Positions 63,452-64,000 of a DNA stretch of 64,000 bases are shown in pieces (the first letter of the stretch is position 1; each line of letters begins with the position of its first letter). Made by a program: the position numbers and the translations under genes. Where the stretch lies: NCBI GenBank assembly GCA_050115495.1, contig JASFQK010000019.1, forward strand, positions 57,924 to 121,923, read 5' to 3'. The DNA is from Phycisphaerae bacterium (GTDB lineage: Bacteria; Planctomycetota; Phycisphaerae; UBA1845; Fen-1342). The notes under the pieces are model-generated. The model did not search any database. It was not told the origin of the DNA and was given only the letters and a program-made list of their open reading frames with translations.

Positions 63452-64000
63452 TATCAAGCCTCCGCTTGTAACTCGTTTCTCGAACAGTACTTGGAACATA
63501 ACCCATGGCAGATGCCGCGTTTGCGACCAGACCGAAGCCGACCACTCTTGACCGCCAGGGCCGATCGCAGACCGTATTTGCTGGGAACCCATCGGGGACG
63601 AAGTCAGCCCTGAGCTGATTCCGTGTGAGATCCTAACCCACCCCTGTAAAGCGGTTTACGAGAGGGGGGCGATTCCCCCCGCCCCGTTTCTCGGCGCGAA
63701 AGCCAAGCTTGCAGGGGGCGCACCGCCGGGTGAGATGCGCCACGAATGCCAGCTTGGGAATTCGGTGCTCGGCGCGCAAACGCTTGTGAGACAGGCACTT
63801 ACATCGCGTTTTTCGGCCAACAACGAGGATTACAACTGAGTCGCAAGTCACTGAGAACTCACTAACAAGTCACCGAGCTATAACCGAATTTCGTTGATGG
63901 CGGGATGAAAAAAGGCGGCGTACTCTCGGGATCAAGATTGGTTCCGAGCCGCCCACGCTGGGCAGAGGAGTACGCCGATGCACGAGAGTAACGACGCGAC

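Noticed and set aside
63010..63851. Short ORFs in the right-hand intergenic region
   Set aside because: No protein motifs; the region is better explained as promoter plus att-junction DNA.

Overview
High-GC bacterial chromosomal window. It is most consistent with Planctomycetota (Phycisphaerae-like), inferred from an ECF sigma/Ser-Thr kinase pair, GACC Cys-rich repeats, and PEP-CTERM and RCC1 surface proteins. Left to right it contains: a divergent USP / ClC-CBS channel pair; ECF sigma plus TPR kinase; a 7-gene two-component/HDOD/HD-GYP-like signalling operon; a Cys-rich tandem-repeat exported protein followed by a decayed copy of the HD-GYP gene; a NemR-like TetR with RND efflux genes; a rex-hydCBA-hydS-phosphatase electron-bifurcating [FeFe]-hydrogenase operon; a PEP-CTERM protein with a divergent unknown HTH protein; an RtcR/sigma54 RNA-repair operon; an RCC1/BLIP-II repeat protein; an argR-argG-X-argC-argF'-argB-argE-argH-carB-carA operon; and an integrative-element boundary (tmRNA/tRNA 3'-end fragments) at the right edge. 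Two highlights stand out. (1) Between rsr (Ro60) and rtcB lies a compact array of five structurally different Y RNAs, sharing a covarying Ro-binding stem but with different tRNA-mimic modules, plus an atypical tRNA-Arg(ACG); a lower-GC DUF5677-like gene is wedged between rtcB and rtcA. (2) The arginine operon lacks argA/argJ but carries a DUF1611/DgcN-like P-loop protein, a candidate novel N-acyl-glutamate synthase, together with an ArgF' bearing the succinyl-type signature. All calls are from reading motifs by eye; no database searches were run.
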